From NCBI GenBank assembly GCA_964106645.2, contig OZ067046.1: DNA of 64,000 bases, one strand, 5' to 3'. Below, one piece after another: positions 37,122-49,770 of the stretch (the first letter of the stretch is position 1; every line of letters begins with the position of its first letter). The notes below the pieces were generated by a model. That model searched no databases. It was not told the origin of the DNA and was given only the letters and a program-made list of their open reading frames with translations. A program made the position numbers and the translations under genes. This DNA is from Podarcis pityusensis. Lineage: Eukaryota.

Positions 37122-37340
37122 AGCATGGTGTACAACTCCATAGACACCTTCCACAAATCCAGGCACAGAGTCAGTGTTGTGTACTTGGGCTCAAACCGGG
37201 GAGACCAGGATTCGAACGCCTGCTTAGCCAGGAAGCTCACTGGGTGACATTGGGGAAGTCACCGTTTTTCAGTCTATTTCACAGGGTTGTTGTAAGGCTA
37301 AAATTGGTAGGGCTATAATCATGTGCATTACCTTGAGGAA
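37122..37340 (+). mobile_element. tRNA-derived MIR/Squam-like SINE, degenerate
   Basis: B-box-like ggattcgaacgc followed by ...gaagctcactgggtgac...cacagggttgttgtaagg core. Confidence 0.6.
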
Positions 37341-37390
37341 AGATGTCATGGCCTTCCCTGAGGACTTGATGAGAACGACAAGATGGGGGA

Positions 37391-37837
37391 AGAATCATAG
37401 AGTTGTAAAATTATAGAGTTAGAAGGTCCAACCCTCTGTACTGCAGGAATCTTAATTAAAGCATCCATGACAGATGGCCATCCAACCTCTGCTTAAAAAC
37501 CTCCAATGATGAAGAGCCCACAACCTCCCAAGGGAGTCCATTTCACTATTGAGCAGCTCTTATTGTCAGAAAGTTCTTCCTGATGTTTAGTCAGAATCAT
37601 ATATCTTGGAACTTGAATCCACTGGTTTGGATTCCAAAAGAGGAGAAAACAAGCTTGCTCCATACTTCTAAGTGACAGCCCTTTAGATATTTGAAGATGG
37701 CTTTCATATCTCCTCCCAGTCTTCCCTTTTCCAGGCCAAACATACCCAACTCCCTCAACCATTCTTCATAAGGATTGGTTTGCAGACCACTGATCATCTT
37801 GGTCACCTTCCTCTGCACACATTCCAGCTTGTCAATA
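37391..37837 (-). mobile_element. CR1 LINE 3' end
   Basis: ORF QRKVTKMISGLQTNPYEEWLRELGMFGLEKGRLGGDMKAIFKYLKGCH, with the (ATTCTRTG)-type tail seen as agaatcataga on +. Confidence 0.9.
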
Positions 37838-38939
37838 TTTTACTGATAATTTTTCCAGGAATAAAAAAATTAGAGTACTTCAGTGTGTGGTAAGTAATTT
37901 TTCATTTAATATATGTTACTTCTAAAACAACATGCCTCAATTGGGTGTAAAAACAGGAACTGAAACACCTAATCCTATTATATGTTTTATTTAGAACAAT
38001 GAGGTTGCACTTAGCTAATCCTTTCAGTCAAAACTTCTAGTGTTATATAAATATTTATTTGTTAATCTGTTTCATAAAATTTATATACTGCTTGATTTTA
38101 GAAAAAAAAAACTTCAAATCAGTTTACAAAAAGGATAAAACAATACCGTTATCATTTAAAAAAATCTAATATGCACAATTTAAAGCATACAGAAAGTTAA
38201 AACAAATTAAAACTTCTGCAAACTTTCCAAACATCTGGTCAGGCTTGTCTAAATAAGGTGCCAAAACATGAAGTAACCATACTACAGACTCATTTTTGGT
38301 CTGGAGAAAAGTGAAATCTACTTTAAGCACCATCTTGAAAGATGAGGAAGTTTAACATTATTAATTAAGTAAATGTTACTACAGCCATGTTCCACCACAA
38401 CACCTGCCTTTAAAACACACACTAACAGTATTGTTGGAAAACTAATTTAGCAGAATTTTAAACCACACAGAAAAAGAATGAGTAACAAGAAACTGCAAAT
38501 AAAACTAATCCATAGCATGCCTTAATTTGAACCAGGGCTCATGCCAGAAACTGTTCATAGTGCAAAGTCCGAATCCTAAGGCATGGAAAGTAACGCTAAA
38601 GAATATTGTCTTACTCTCAACACTAACTGATACTGCATCTAGTAGCCAACTTCAAATGCTGGACAAAGAGCCCTAATGCATGAATGATCCATGAAACTAG
38701 AAACACAGATTTTCACATTATTAAAAATAATAATTAATAATAATTAATAATTACATTTTTATCGGACCTTTTCCTCTAAGGGGTGCCATTATCTTTCTCT
38801 TCCGCCCCCCACATTTTTGAGGTAGGTCATCTAGGCATAGCTGTCAACCTTCCCTTTTTTTTGCAGGAAATTCCCTTATTCCAGTGCTTTTCCCCACTGC
38901 TTCCCGCTGCTATCCCGGATTGTTAGATATCCCGTAGAC

Positions 38940-39258
38940 CACGGGTGTCAAACACAAGGCCCACGGGCCGAATCCGGCCCGCCAGACCTCATCATGTGGC
39001 CCGTGTAGCCACCGCCCGCCAGCCTTCACCTTTTATTCTTGCTTTTTTTTTTTTTTTTGACACAAGAAAGCCGCCTCTTCAGCGCATGCGCGGCAGCCTA
39101 CAAGCCAGAGAACGTCTGCCCTCTAGCGGCGCCGGCCGTTCTACACAGGAAACCTCCACTTTACATGTCCTTTACATAGTCCTACAGATACAACTGGCCC
39201 TTTGAGGGTGACCAAACTGCTGATGCGGCCCCCGATGAATTTGAGTTTGACACCGCTG
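38940..39258. mobile_element. hAT (Charlie/Buster-type) MITE nested in the 38836 element
   Basis: TIR cacgggtgtcaaac / gtttgacaccgctg; perfect TSD ccgtagac (38932-38939 / 39259-39266). Confidence 0.93.
39116..39132 (-). promoter_or_regulatory. CTCF-like motif inside MITE
   Basis: Minus strand GCGCCGCTAGAGGGCAG fits the CTCF core consensus CC(A/G)C(C/T)AG(A/G)(G/T)GGC(A/G). Binding untested. Confidence 0.45.
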
Positions 39259-41134
39259 CCGTAGACTGTCCCCGGGACAGGTGAGGCTGCTGATCCCTTA
39301 TTTTCAAGGCTGCTGATCCCTTATTTTCAAATCTGAAAGTTGACAGCTATGCATCTAGGGAGCTTCATGGCTGAATGAGAATTTAAATCCAAGTTTCCTG
39401 GGTCCCGGTCTAACACTCGGACCACTGCACCACACTAAATCTCAATTTTAGGGGTACACAGATATCACCCAACCAAATGACATAGTCTTAAATCCCACTG
39501 ATTTCAGTGGAAGAGGTTTAAGCAAATTCTTAGTTTTCCAGTTAGAAGCAATCGGGATTAAAAGTTGTTTAATTGTAACTGGAGCCTGCCCATCATGTTT
39601 AGATAGTACTTGTAAAAAAAAGTAATGTACAAAGCAGCCTGAGCAACAGCAACACAGAGAGCTGGGATGAGGATAGACGACTGTGACATTCAGACAGCTT
39701 CCGGAACCTTTCATTTTAGAAACTATATACAAGGGTTGAAAGTATGTCTGCTCAAAAGTAATTATTGTTTTCGATAGCCCTTACTCCCCAGTATGTGTGT
39801 ACGCATAGGATTTCAGCCTCAGGCATCATTCGTTAAACACACTTGCTAGGAAGAAAGCTCAGTTGAACACAGCAGGATTTACTTCTGGGTAAACATGCGT
39901 AGGATTGCAGTGTAAGACTCGGAAGAACCATTCTGTGATCCTTCGCACTATAGAGCCAACGAGACAGGGATTTAAAACAGGAAGAGATGCACTTTAATTG
40001 CAGGAACTCAAACCAAATCAAAGAAACAGAACCCCTTTCTCAGGCACACCAAAGTGGAACCAAAGTGTTTCGAATTAGCAAAGTGGGCAGTGTGTTTCAT
40101 CGCAGGGCAATAAGAAACATATTTTGAAGCAATCCTGTTGCCGAACTAATGGTAATTAGGTGCATTTCCCAAGTGGTGGCTGTAGACTCTTATAAGTGGT
40201 TTATTATCCCTTTGATATGTGTGATTAAGTCCAATTAACGTCAACAGGGACTTAGGCACATACATTAAGGATAAAACAGCCCCCTAAAGATAACTGTCAA
40301 TGGGGCCCCTATTGCCAAGACAATTAGCAGACAAGTGCTTCAAACTGAGGCCACAGCTGTGGGAGAGAACAGAGTTGAGAAACATGTCATAGACATTTGT
40401 CAGGGAAAACTGACAAGAGCAAAGCTCGCCATGTCAGTGGGATTTAATCTCACATATCAAAGAGAGACCACGAGAGAGGATGTTCCATACAGCTCAAAGT
40501 ATATAGTTAACAGAAAATGTCACAGCTAGCTGTGGACATTTTAAAAACAGTGTGGCGGCATGGCAGGCCCATCCATATACAGGATATCAGAACCGTTATT
40601 TATGAGGATGAAGAGCTTGAAATCTGTAATAAAACGACCACTTCAACGAGTTAATTGCTATAAGTACACTGCCCCTTTTTTACAATGAGAACCTGTTTAT
40701 ATTACTGGTTGCTTCCAGATGACCTGTTTAGAGAGTATTCATCCTCATTTGTTTGCACAAATTTCGTGAAGTTCGCAGGCATCAGCTACTTAGAAGCCAT
40801 TCATTTTGATTTGTTTGTGGGGAGGTTCTACAACCTGAGTCAAGGTATTGCAAACTTCCCAGTGCATTTTCCTGTCATTGGGGAAATGTAGGTTTGTTAC
40901 CTTCCAGCAAAAAATGGGCAGAACAGTCTTGTGAGTGAACAAGTGTGACATGGGGTGGAACTGGACTGATTCATCCATAACTAAAATGTATAAAATATTG
41001 TACACTGAAGATTTGAAATACAGAAATATAAGGAGACTACATATTGTTGTATTTTAACTTGTTAATAGTTTTTTAGGCACAGTCTGACCCCCTCCTTTGG
41101 TAATCCTCACAGAACTCTAGCCCAATGGTTGCCA

Positions 41135-41252
41135 TTAATTTGATTTTGAATTGATTTTAGAATGATTTGATTTTAGAATGCTGTGTTACTTTTATTGTTG
41201 TTAGCCGCTCTGAGCCCGGCTTCGGCTGAGGAGAGCAGGATATAAATAAAAA

Positions 41253-41294
<42 letters not shown>
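41135..41294 (+). mobile_element. LINE (L2-like) 3' tail ending in (TTA)n
   Basis: tgttgttagccgctctgagcccggcttcggctgaggagagcaggatataaataaa followed by about 14 TTA units (41253-41294). Confidence 0.7.
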
Positions 41295-43734
41295 GCATGC
41301 ACACAACATACACATTTCTAGATGTATGGTTGAAATAAAAATATAAAATAAACAAAATATAAAATATAAACATTTTCATGAGAAAGCATGGCTTTAATAT
41401 CCCTCTCTTAAGGAGACCTATGGTAAGAAAAACTGGAAATTGTTTTAGTCAAATCATAACATGCCAGGTAGGATCATAGTTACAATACATTTCCGGTGAC
41501 AGATGACGGAAACAAGGACAAACAAGTATGTAGTTCAATGGAAATATATTGAACAGCTCTAAGAACAATAAAAGATATTTCAGGTGTAAAATGTTTGCTG
41601 GGGGGGCACTCTGCCTTTTCATGTGGGTTAATCTTTGGTGCAAACATACAGTCCAAATTAGAAAGGAAAAAGAGGCGGCTCAGTAAAAGTAAACATTTAA
41701 GAATTATCAATCTCTAGCCAAATGGAACACATTTTAGTATATGTGAATAAACGGAACAAGCTGCCCAAAAAAATCATCTCAGTGTAGTATAACACATCCA
41801 TAAACATACTGAACTGCTTTGTTTTACCTTGTCACAGCTCCCTTTTATGCTAGACAAAACTGTCCAACTGTCTAAATTTACACTTGCTTTGTAATAATAT
41901 TGGAATTTTAATTTTTAAGACATTCTTCAATCTATAATCTGAACTGGCACTTAACTATCCTAATCCTGGTGAAAACACAGTAGGTTTGCCTTGCTTACTG
42001 TGTGTTTGGCCACATTATCCGGCACTCCTACTGGGAGCAAATCTGGCATTGTATTGCCACTAGAGATGTATAGGTGTGGTTCTCTTTCAGCAGTTATCCT
42101 AGGTCTTCCACCCTTTAAAAAAGAATATTTTGGGGGAATTCTGCAATAGGACATTAGCCATCACGCCAAAATCTGCTTCTCAATAAACATCCTTTTCATT
42201 TTCTGTCTTAATCCCCATCTTGGTGACTGAACGTCATATGATTACGCAGCCCATTTGTGGGGTTGTGTAATCAGTCGTGTAATGTATATACAAGAAAAAA
42301 TAATTAAAACCACAACCCTCATGAGTTGAGGACAAAACTGCAGATGACAAGGGAGATAGCAAGGTCATGACATATTCTGGCCAGTCATCAGTTGCAACAT
42401 TCCTTGTGTGTGAATTGCACCCACCCATGTTTTGAAGGACAGTCAACCAACGCAGGGAATGTGCTACTCCTCAAAGATTTTCTGACGTTAATAGTGCAGG
42501 AAATACACATCAGACATGCATTACGTGTGATTCAAATCAACAGGGACTCATTAAAAACCCAACTATGCTATTAGGCACTTCCAGTAGGAGTAATAAGGGT
42601 ACAATCACACTCCCCTTTAAGGTATTTAACATACACCTTTTCTACTTATTCAATACACCATATTACTTCCAGCAATTGTGTGTAAAGGAAATTCAACAAT
42701 GCTGAATATGATGTACTGCAGCTACGAGGTGATCAGCATTTATGCACCAAGACTAATTTCAGAAGTACTTGCAAGTCTAAGCACACTTACCAGAAAGTAG
42801 GTCCAACTGAATTCAGTGAACCTGCCTAGGATTGCTCAAGATAGCTATGAATCTGTTGTTGAATACGCCAATTGCCTTTCATTCAATAACATAACTGATT
42901 GTGATTTTGTGTGTTTGTTAACTACTGCAGATGGGCCTTACCTGATTTTTTTAAAAGGAAAGCAATATGCAGACTGTTATTTGCTCTCCCCCCCCCCCCA
43001 CTCTTAAAACTATCCTAAAATTCCACTCTGTGATTTATTGTACCTGAAAAAGTCACAGATTTCTCTGTGCTTGGACTACTTTCAGTCTCTGAAAGCCCAG
43101 CCCTGGTTTTTGGCAGGCCTCCCTACAATGTTGTCCTCTCCTGTTATGTCATTGGGTTGCTACCTCCACTGTATCTGGTGCATTCAGTCTATCATGGCGA
43201 AGAGTAGGCTTGTCAAGAGCTTTACCAGTTCAAGCACTTAATATATTACATTTACGTGCTTATTGATGCTCTTAAGGGACAATGAACGTGCTCAGCAGCG
43301 TTCTAAGTGAAAGGAATACCACCAACTCTGGGATGAAGGGAAAGGAGCAGGGATTGCATAAGGGCTCGAAGGTGGGCCATTTGGAGGGTTTTCAAAGCAA
43401 AATGGAAATTAGATTCTATTGTGCTCCCAATGATGTCAGCAGCCACATAACAGGGTTTTCAAATTTCAGAACTGGGCTCCAACAACCTATTTACCAATTT
43501 TTTTGAAAATAACTTGTTTCCAAATCAAACCGGGGAGAATTCATGCATCACTGCTACTCTAATCACTTGCTTGGCTTCCTCATGAGCATCCTCCCAATCC
43601 ACATGGAGAGTTTTCACAACAGTACCCATCACCAGAAACATCCAACCATGCTGCAGAACTCTCCACAATCAGGATCATGAATGTTATCTGCATATGAAGT
43701 ATGTGGAGAAAGGGACACGTAGATCAGCTTTTCA

Positions 43735-44107
43735 GCTGTGGTCTCAACCGCTGAGCCTCTTGGGCTTGCCGATCGGAAGGTTGGCAGTTCGAATCCCTGC
43801 GACGGGGTGAGCTCCCGTTGCTCTGTCCCAGCTCCTGCCAACCTAGCAGTTCAAAAGCACGCCAGTGCAAGTAAATGAACAGGTACCGCTGTGGCAGGAA
43901 GGTAAACGGCATTTCCGTGCGCTCTGGTTTCCGTCACGGACGGTGTTCCGTTGTGCCATTAGCAGTTTAGTCATGGCGGCCACATGACCCGGAAAGCTGT
44001 CTGTGGACAAACGCCAGCTCCCTTGGCCTGAAAGCGAGATGAGCACTGCAACCCTATAGTTGCCTTTGACTGGACTTAACCGTCCAGGGTCCTTTACCTT
44101 TACCTTT
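43735..44107 (+). mobile_element. Sauria SINE, different subfamily from the 9805 copy
   Basis: tRNA-like head (gttcgaatccc), Sauria core and a cctttacctttaccttt tail. Confidence 0.9.
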
Positions 44108-46952
44108 TAAATGTGCATCTCTCATTTGTTAAGAATGAACAGAATTTTCAGCATTTGGGTACAGATTTTGAAACTAAGCATACATGGAAAGACAGGTATC
44201 CCTCAGCTAGCAAGCTGAGATTTTCTGTTTAGATTTTTAAATAGGAAGATAAAAACAAATCTTCACAACAACACCCCCCCCCCAAGTAATTTTACATCCA
44301 GGACATCTTCCCGGAGTGGTGCTTTAGACAGCCATGTTCATTAATTTAGTTGTGAAGGCTACATACTTAACATTTCTGTCCATCCCTGACCATCACCACT
44401 GCTCTACATTCCTAATATGCTCGAGAAAAATAAATACTATGAGCATGTGCAGCTTCACATCATAGCACCATCACAAATATAGGAATAAAACAGTTTGCTT
44501 CTGCTGCCCAGATTCTAAAAACATTTACTTGAGAATAATCATCATTTTGTTGCAGAAAAGGTTATGTTTTTGAAGTAGAAATAATAAAATTATCACCCAC
44601 AATTATGTACACGCATGGCCTAGAAATAAAAGATGCCACAGTAACCAGCAGCAGCCTACAACTTTCTGAGTAGTCATTTGGGGCCCCTTAAACTGTCGAG
44701 TGCTGGATGTCAGCACCCAGGCTATACCACTGAATCCAAAATCTGAAAATGAGAGCTCAAGTGCAAGGCTTTTCTTTGTATGTTTCTTTAAACAAAATAA
44801 ATAAAGGTTATCTTTGGATATGTAGTCTAAGTTCAATGCTGTCTCCACTTCCATTGCTGTTTTCCCACAAATTAGAAAAGCTTCTTGGCTTTTCCTTTTA
44901 CAATATTTTGAAGGGAAAACACAATTCATTAAAGTCTAGGTCTCAGTCATTGGCTCGTTAACAGGTGCCTTCCGGCTTCTGGGTGGAAATGATGGTGCTG
45001 TATTTTCCTTGTCTCCTTAGAAGAAAGAGTTCACTCAGTCCTTGCAACCACTATAAACACTTCACATATGATTCTCACACTGAATGGGTTGCTCTTTTAT
45101 TTGTATGTTAAGTTTCACTAACATTTTAAAAATGTTTCTTTTTCATTGCATAATTTATTAATAAAATATGTTTATGTTTTGCAAGTGAGTTCTTTCCAAA
45201 TTGCTTCCACCACCTTAAAGTCTTCCTTATTTCTTAGAAATGGCCTCTAGGTGTAGAAACCCTATTGGCATGTTGTTAGAAGCAGAAAGTGAATGTCTTT
45301 GGGTACAATAAATGTCTTTCTCTGGCCTATTGTGCTCCACAAGTGCTATTCAGAAAGGGCAAGCCATTTATAGCGCTACCAACTTGTTAACAGTGACTCA
45401 GCTTTTTACAGTAGAAACTTTTTCTTGCCTTCCACTGCCTCTTTAAGATTTTGGTACATGCAATAGAAGTTAAAGATGGCCCTTTAAAATTATATGTTCA
45501 GTGCAGGAATGAGAAATTTCAATTATGGCAAAAAAAGGCTTTACATTCTTCTGCTTTCCATATCCAGAGTCCTGATGACTGATTAATTAGTCTGACAGCA
45601 AAGAAAGCCCACCAACTGCCATCAAATGACCAAGAATTTATTTGAAGGGTGACATCACCCTGTTGTGTCATTAAGTATGAATGTTGGTTGCTAAATGGCG
45701 TGAGAAATATATTCTGCTAACCTCCTGTTTACTGTGCTACAGAACAAGGTCAAGCACAAAATCCAAAAATGATATCCACCTCAGAACAGAGTTACAACAT
45801 AACCAAACAGAACACATCATATGCTAATACGTCAAACAGCAGCTCTTTTCTTTTCAAATGTCACCTGTTATTCTGGAAATCTTTTGCCTACAGTATCACA
45901 TTTTCAACCCTAGGGTTTGGTTTTTTTATCTTCAGAAGCTAGCAGGTGGGATAGTATCATCCAGTCACACTGCTCTTTTGCATCTATTTCATCGCTTAAA
46001 GCTGCAATTCTGTATCCACTGAACTCACTTCGGAATTCACATGCATAGGGTTGTGCTCTAATTTTTACTGCCATGGATTTCCATCTTGTAAGGTTTTCTG
46101 TATCACCAAAGCATATTTCCTTGAAAATACTACCATTTCCATTCTTCTTTCATAAAAATGAGATTATGAAAACTCTTCTGATGGCTTCTGCTTCTAAAAT
46201 GTCATTTTTGCAAACCTCAACAGACTTTCACAGAACTAAAGGTTTCCCCAGATTGAAACAAGCCTATCAACTTTTTTATTCTTGATTTGGTGTGCATATT
46301 TCCAGACATAAATCAGTTTTTTTGACTGGCCTATTCTGCCGAAGATGGAGGAAACTGAAACTAGCAAGATGAAAGCTGTACATATTTACAGTGTACAGGA
46401 AGTGTAGTCACCTAATACAGGACGTTGTCATGCACATATATTACACACAAACACAGAAGAAAGCATTTTGTGGAAGTAAACAGTAGACAAAACAACATTT
46501 TCAGATTCTTAAAATGCATTTTGTCATTCTCAAAAGGAAAATGGTTCATAATAACTTCACCCAAAAAAGTTCACTTCATTCAATGAAAAAGGAAGGGGAC
46601 AGCACAGAGGAAATCACCATTCCCCCCCCCCCCATATTCACATTGCTGGCTGAATTATTGTACAGGTTTTAGGCATTCTAATATCTCAAACACCTTGGTT
46701 AGGGCTTGTGATTTTTTTTTTTTTCTGAAGTGAGCTAAACCATGAGGTCAGGTTCAGCTTACACACTAAGCCAAATCAGTTTCGTTCAGCTCAGTGCAGC
46801 AGCAAAACAACCAGGGAGAAACTAAGCATCTGCAATCTTCCTGTACATTTGCTTATTCATACTAAGAAGCCACAGTTTGGTGTAGAATTATGTGTGAGCC
46901 AGGACTCTCTGCTCCAATAAGTTTTCTTTGCAGGCTTGCAGTTGCTATTGAA

Positions 46953-47100
46953 CAGAGTTGCCAAACATCCGGATCTTGCCGGACATATCCAGAATACTGC
47001 AGCTGGCAGCAGTGTCCGGGCGATTTCCCCCCTAAAAATCGGTCAAGAAAAGCTCAACAACATTGCCAAAAACTTCACCATTTGAAATATGGCAACCCTA
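46953..47100. mobile_element. hAT MITE, 148 bp (TAGGGTTGCCA-type TIR)
   Basis: Ends cagagttgcca / tggcaacccta; TSD ctattgaa/ctactgaa (7/8). Confidence 0.8.
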
Positions 47101-47635
47101 CTACTGAAGTACCCTGATGCTGTAGTGTTTATGCTAGCCCTCTCGCACCAAGTCTTCTATGTTCCCTTCACACCCTTCTGTTCCTGAGTACCAAACATAT
47201 ATGCACACCAGAGGGCTTGAAATCAGTAGTTCATTCCAACTGGTGCTGCAACAACTACTTGTAAAACAAAGGGTGCAATCCAAACACCCTTGTTTTAGGA
47301 GTAAGTCCCATTAAACAGGACTTACTTCTGAGTAGGCATTCACAGAAACAAGCAGAATGTTTATTTTCATTTTATGGATTCACATACAACATTTCACATT
47401 CCCAGCTTAACTGCATCAGTAATATTTCCTCACGTTAAATAGCTTCCTTTTCTTTGCTAAACTTTGTCAACGGGCATGCCCATAACTCCATATCTTCTGT
47501 ACAGCTACTACCTGAAATCCCAGGCTAACATAGTTGCCAATTGCAAGTGCTTTACATAAAATCACTGGTTATGACGTAAAATGTTAAACTACTAAAGAGA
47601 TGTTCCCTTCTAAATATTTGAGGAAATTCTTATTA

Positions 47636-48390
47636 CCGTGTATAAGCCGATTTTTTCAGGACATTTTTTATGCTGAAAAAGCCCCCCTCAGCTTATACTC
47701 GAGTGAGGGTCCCACCTGAGCACATTTCCAGCAGCCCCTCATCAGAGCAAGCTGTTTGCTGCCGCTGCTCGTGCCGCCACCGCTCTGCCAAGCGCGCAGT
47801 GGCGTAGCGTGGGGGGTGCAGGGGGGCCGGCCGCACCGGGCGCAACATCTGGGGGGGGGCGCTCGCACTCGCAGCTCTCTGCTCGAGTGCTAAAATCCAC
47901 GGGTTAGGGGGCGCAAATTACTTGCCTTGCCCCGGGTGCTGACAACCCACGCTACGCCACTGCAAGCGCGGCTCCTGTGCTTGCCCTTGCGAGTGGCAGA
48001 GGCTGTTGTTGGCGGAGGAGGAGGAACAAGCAACCTGAAAGCAGCCCTTTCGGGCTGCTCCTTCCTCCTCCGCTGGCTTTGCTGCTGTCGGCAGTGGCAG
48101 AGGAGGAACAAGCTTTCGGGCTGCTTGTTCTTCCTCCACTGCTGCCGCCACCAGTCTCTGCCTCTCGGCAGCACCCTAGGTAGGCAGGGGGGCGGGAGGG
48201 ACTGGGGGGAGAGAGAAGCCCCCTCTGCCCTGTGTGCATGTTCGTGTGCACACACACACTCCGGCCCACCAGGAGGTTTGTGGTGTGGTGAACCACCTTA
48301 TACTCGAGTCAATAAGTTTTCCCAGTTTTTTGTGGTAAAATTAGGTGCCTCGGCTTATATTCGGGTAGGCTTATACTCAAGTATATACAG
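47636..48390. mobile_element. Tc1/mariner-type MITE with GC-rich interior
   Basis: TA|CCGT..GTATAAGCCGA left end (partly deleted TIR) and ...GGCTTATACTCAAGTATATACAG|TA right end, with repeated cttatactcgag subterminal motifs. Confidence 0.82.
47797..47962. mobile_element. 166-bp hAT MITE nested in the 47636 element
   Basis: Perfect 17-bp TIR cagtggcgtagcgtggg / cccacgctacgccactg; perfect TSD caagcgcg (47789-47796 / 47963-47970). Confidence 0.95.
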
Positions 48391-49022
48391 TACTTTTAAA
48401 TATCCAGAGAAATTCTGCTCAGCTGACATCTCTCTTCTCAGTGCCAATCAGGTGGAAAGCACCACCCATGGAGTTGGCTCACAGAAATGATTGCATGCAC
48501 ATTCTTCATTGCTATAGGATTGCACCACAGGGAAATAACCATCACATCTAGGAATGCCTGAAGAATACAATATTTTCAAACTCCTACTTTTTATGTTTTT
48601 AATTAAATCACACATTAACGTAGAGATGAAATGGAATGGGATTATGACTTAAAACATACGGAAGTGTCAAAGAGGGGAAATATAGAGATTCGCCCATCCC
48701 CAGTGGATCTCTCGACAAAATGGCAGACGTATCCAACATCTCAAAATGTACATTGGACAGAATAATCCAAACTATAAGGAAACCCGAGTGATTTACTCCA
48801 GGATAAGTCATGCTGGTTTAATTTCCCACTATTCCAAAACTCCATTCAGGACCAGGGCTACAAGCCTGGCAGAGGGAAAATAAACCTTTAAAATAGAGTT
48901 GTGCCAAATAAGCCAATTGCAGAGGAACAGAAAATGAAATATGAAATGAACATGACCACAAATGAATGTCAGGATGGACTGAGGCCCATTCATATATCCA
49001 TATTGCTGCCACAGATGCATGA

Positions 49023-49770
49023 TGTCTGCGGCTGGTATGGGGAAGACCAAGGAAATGAACACAGGAGATTGATATTGGGTTGAATGAGGCCACAACTTTA
49101 TTAATTACAGGTAAGAGTAGGTTTGGCTAAGGCACTGGGCATGAATCCAGGATCAGACAGCCCACCTGCTACCGGATAGGAACCCAGTGGGAGTCACTCC
49201 CAACATGGATTGGCTGACACACACATCCCTCAAAGCTGCCACTGGGAGAGATGCATTGGCTCATTGGTCCCTGTGTGGACTCCTGGACAGAGTCACCCTC
49301 CTGGACCCCTTTAGTGGGGAACCTGCATGACTAAGGGTACAGCCCAATGCGTTATCCGCCAAAGTTGCTTTGATGCAGACAGAAGCCTGAAGCCAGCCAA
49401 TATGCTTTATGGAGATAATTCCTCCATGGTCCTGAACACATAAACCATAGCAAGGTCCTTACACCAACTTGCCCGCTCTCCTGCTGAGCAGGCCCCTAAG
49501 CAGTCTGGCTGGGTGGGTGGCAAGGTCGCCCTCCTAAATATGCCAGGTGTGGGCAGGGCACAGTCCCAGTGCCCCTGCCCCAGTTGGCTTGCGGGTGAAG
49601 CTTGCCCTGGATGGTGGGTCTGGCACAGTCAGGGGAGGGCGGCACCCAGTGGCCATCCCCTCCCTGGCCATTCGGGAAGTTGATTTCTCCCAGAACCGGC
49701 CAGGCCGTGCAGCAAATGCCACTCCCCCAAAGCCCCAGGTGAGCAGATATTCCCAGCCTCTTCCAAGCAA
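49023..49770 (-). mobile_element. Unclassified GC-rich element, possibly a solo LTR
   Basis: Abrupt GC-rich block with AATAAA on - (tttatt near 49097) close to one end. Termini and TSD not resolved. Confidence 0.3.

Larger units (their letters stand above)
38836..39351. mobile_element. hAT-like MITE (outer)
   Basis: TIR catagctgtcaac / gttgacagctatg (13/13); perfect TSD catctagg (38828-38835 / 39352-39359); internal 23-bp tandem duplication ggctgctgatcccttattttcaa. Confidence 0.93.
38760..39436 (-). mobile_element. tRNA-derived MIR/Squam-like SINE hosting nested MITEs
   Basis: On -, A-box-like tggtgcagtgg, B-box-like ggatttaaattc and cagccatgaagctc.ct.gatgacc. Homologous to the 37122 SINE once 38836-39359 is removed. 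Confidence 0.6.

Noticed and set aside
47668-48490. Overlapping ORFs up to 187 aa and CpG-island-like composition suggesting a promoter or TLL1 exon 1
   Set aside because: Almost entirely within a mariner MITE with a nested hAT MITE; no signal peptide, DYKDPCKA motif or fitting donor.
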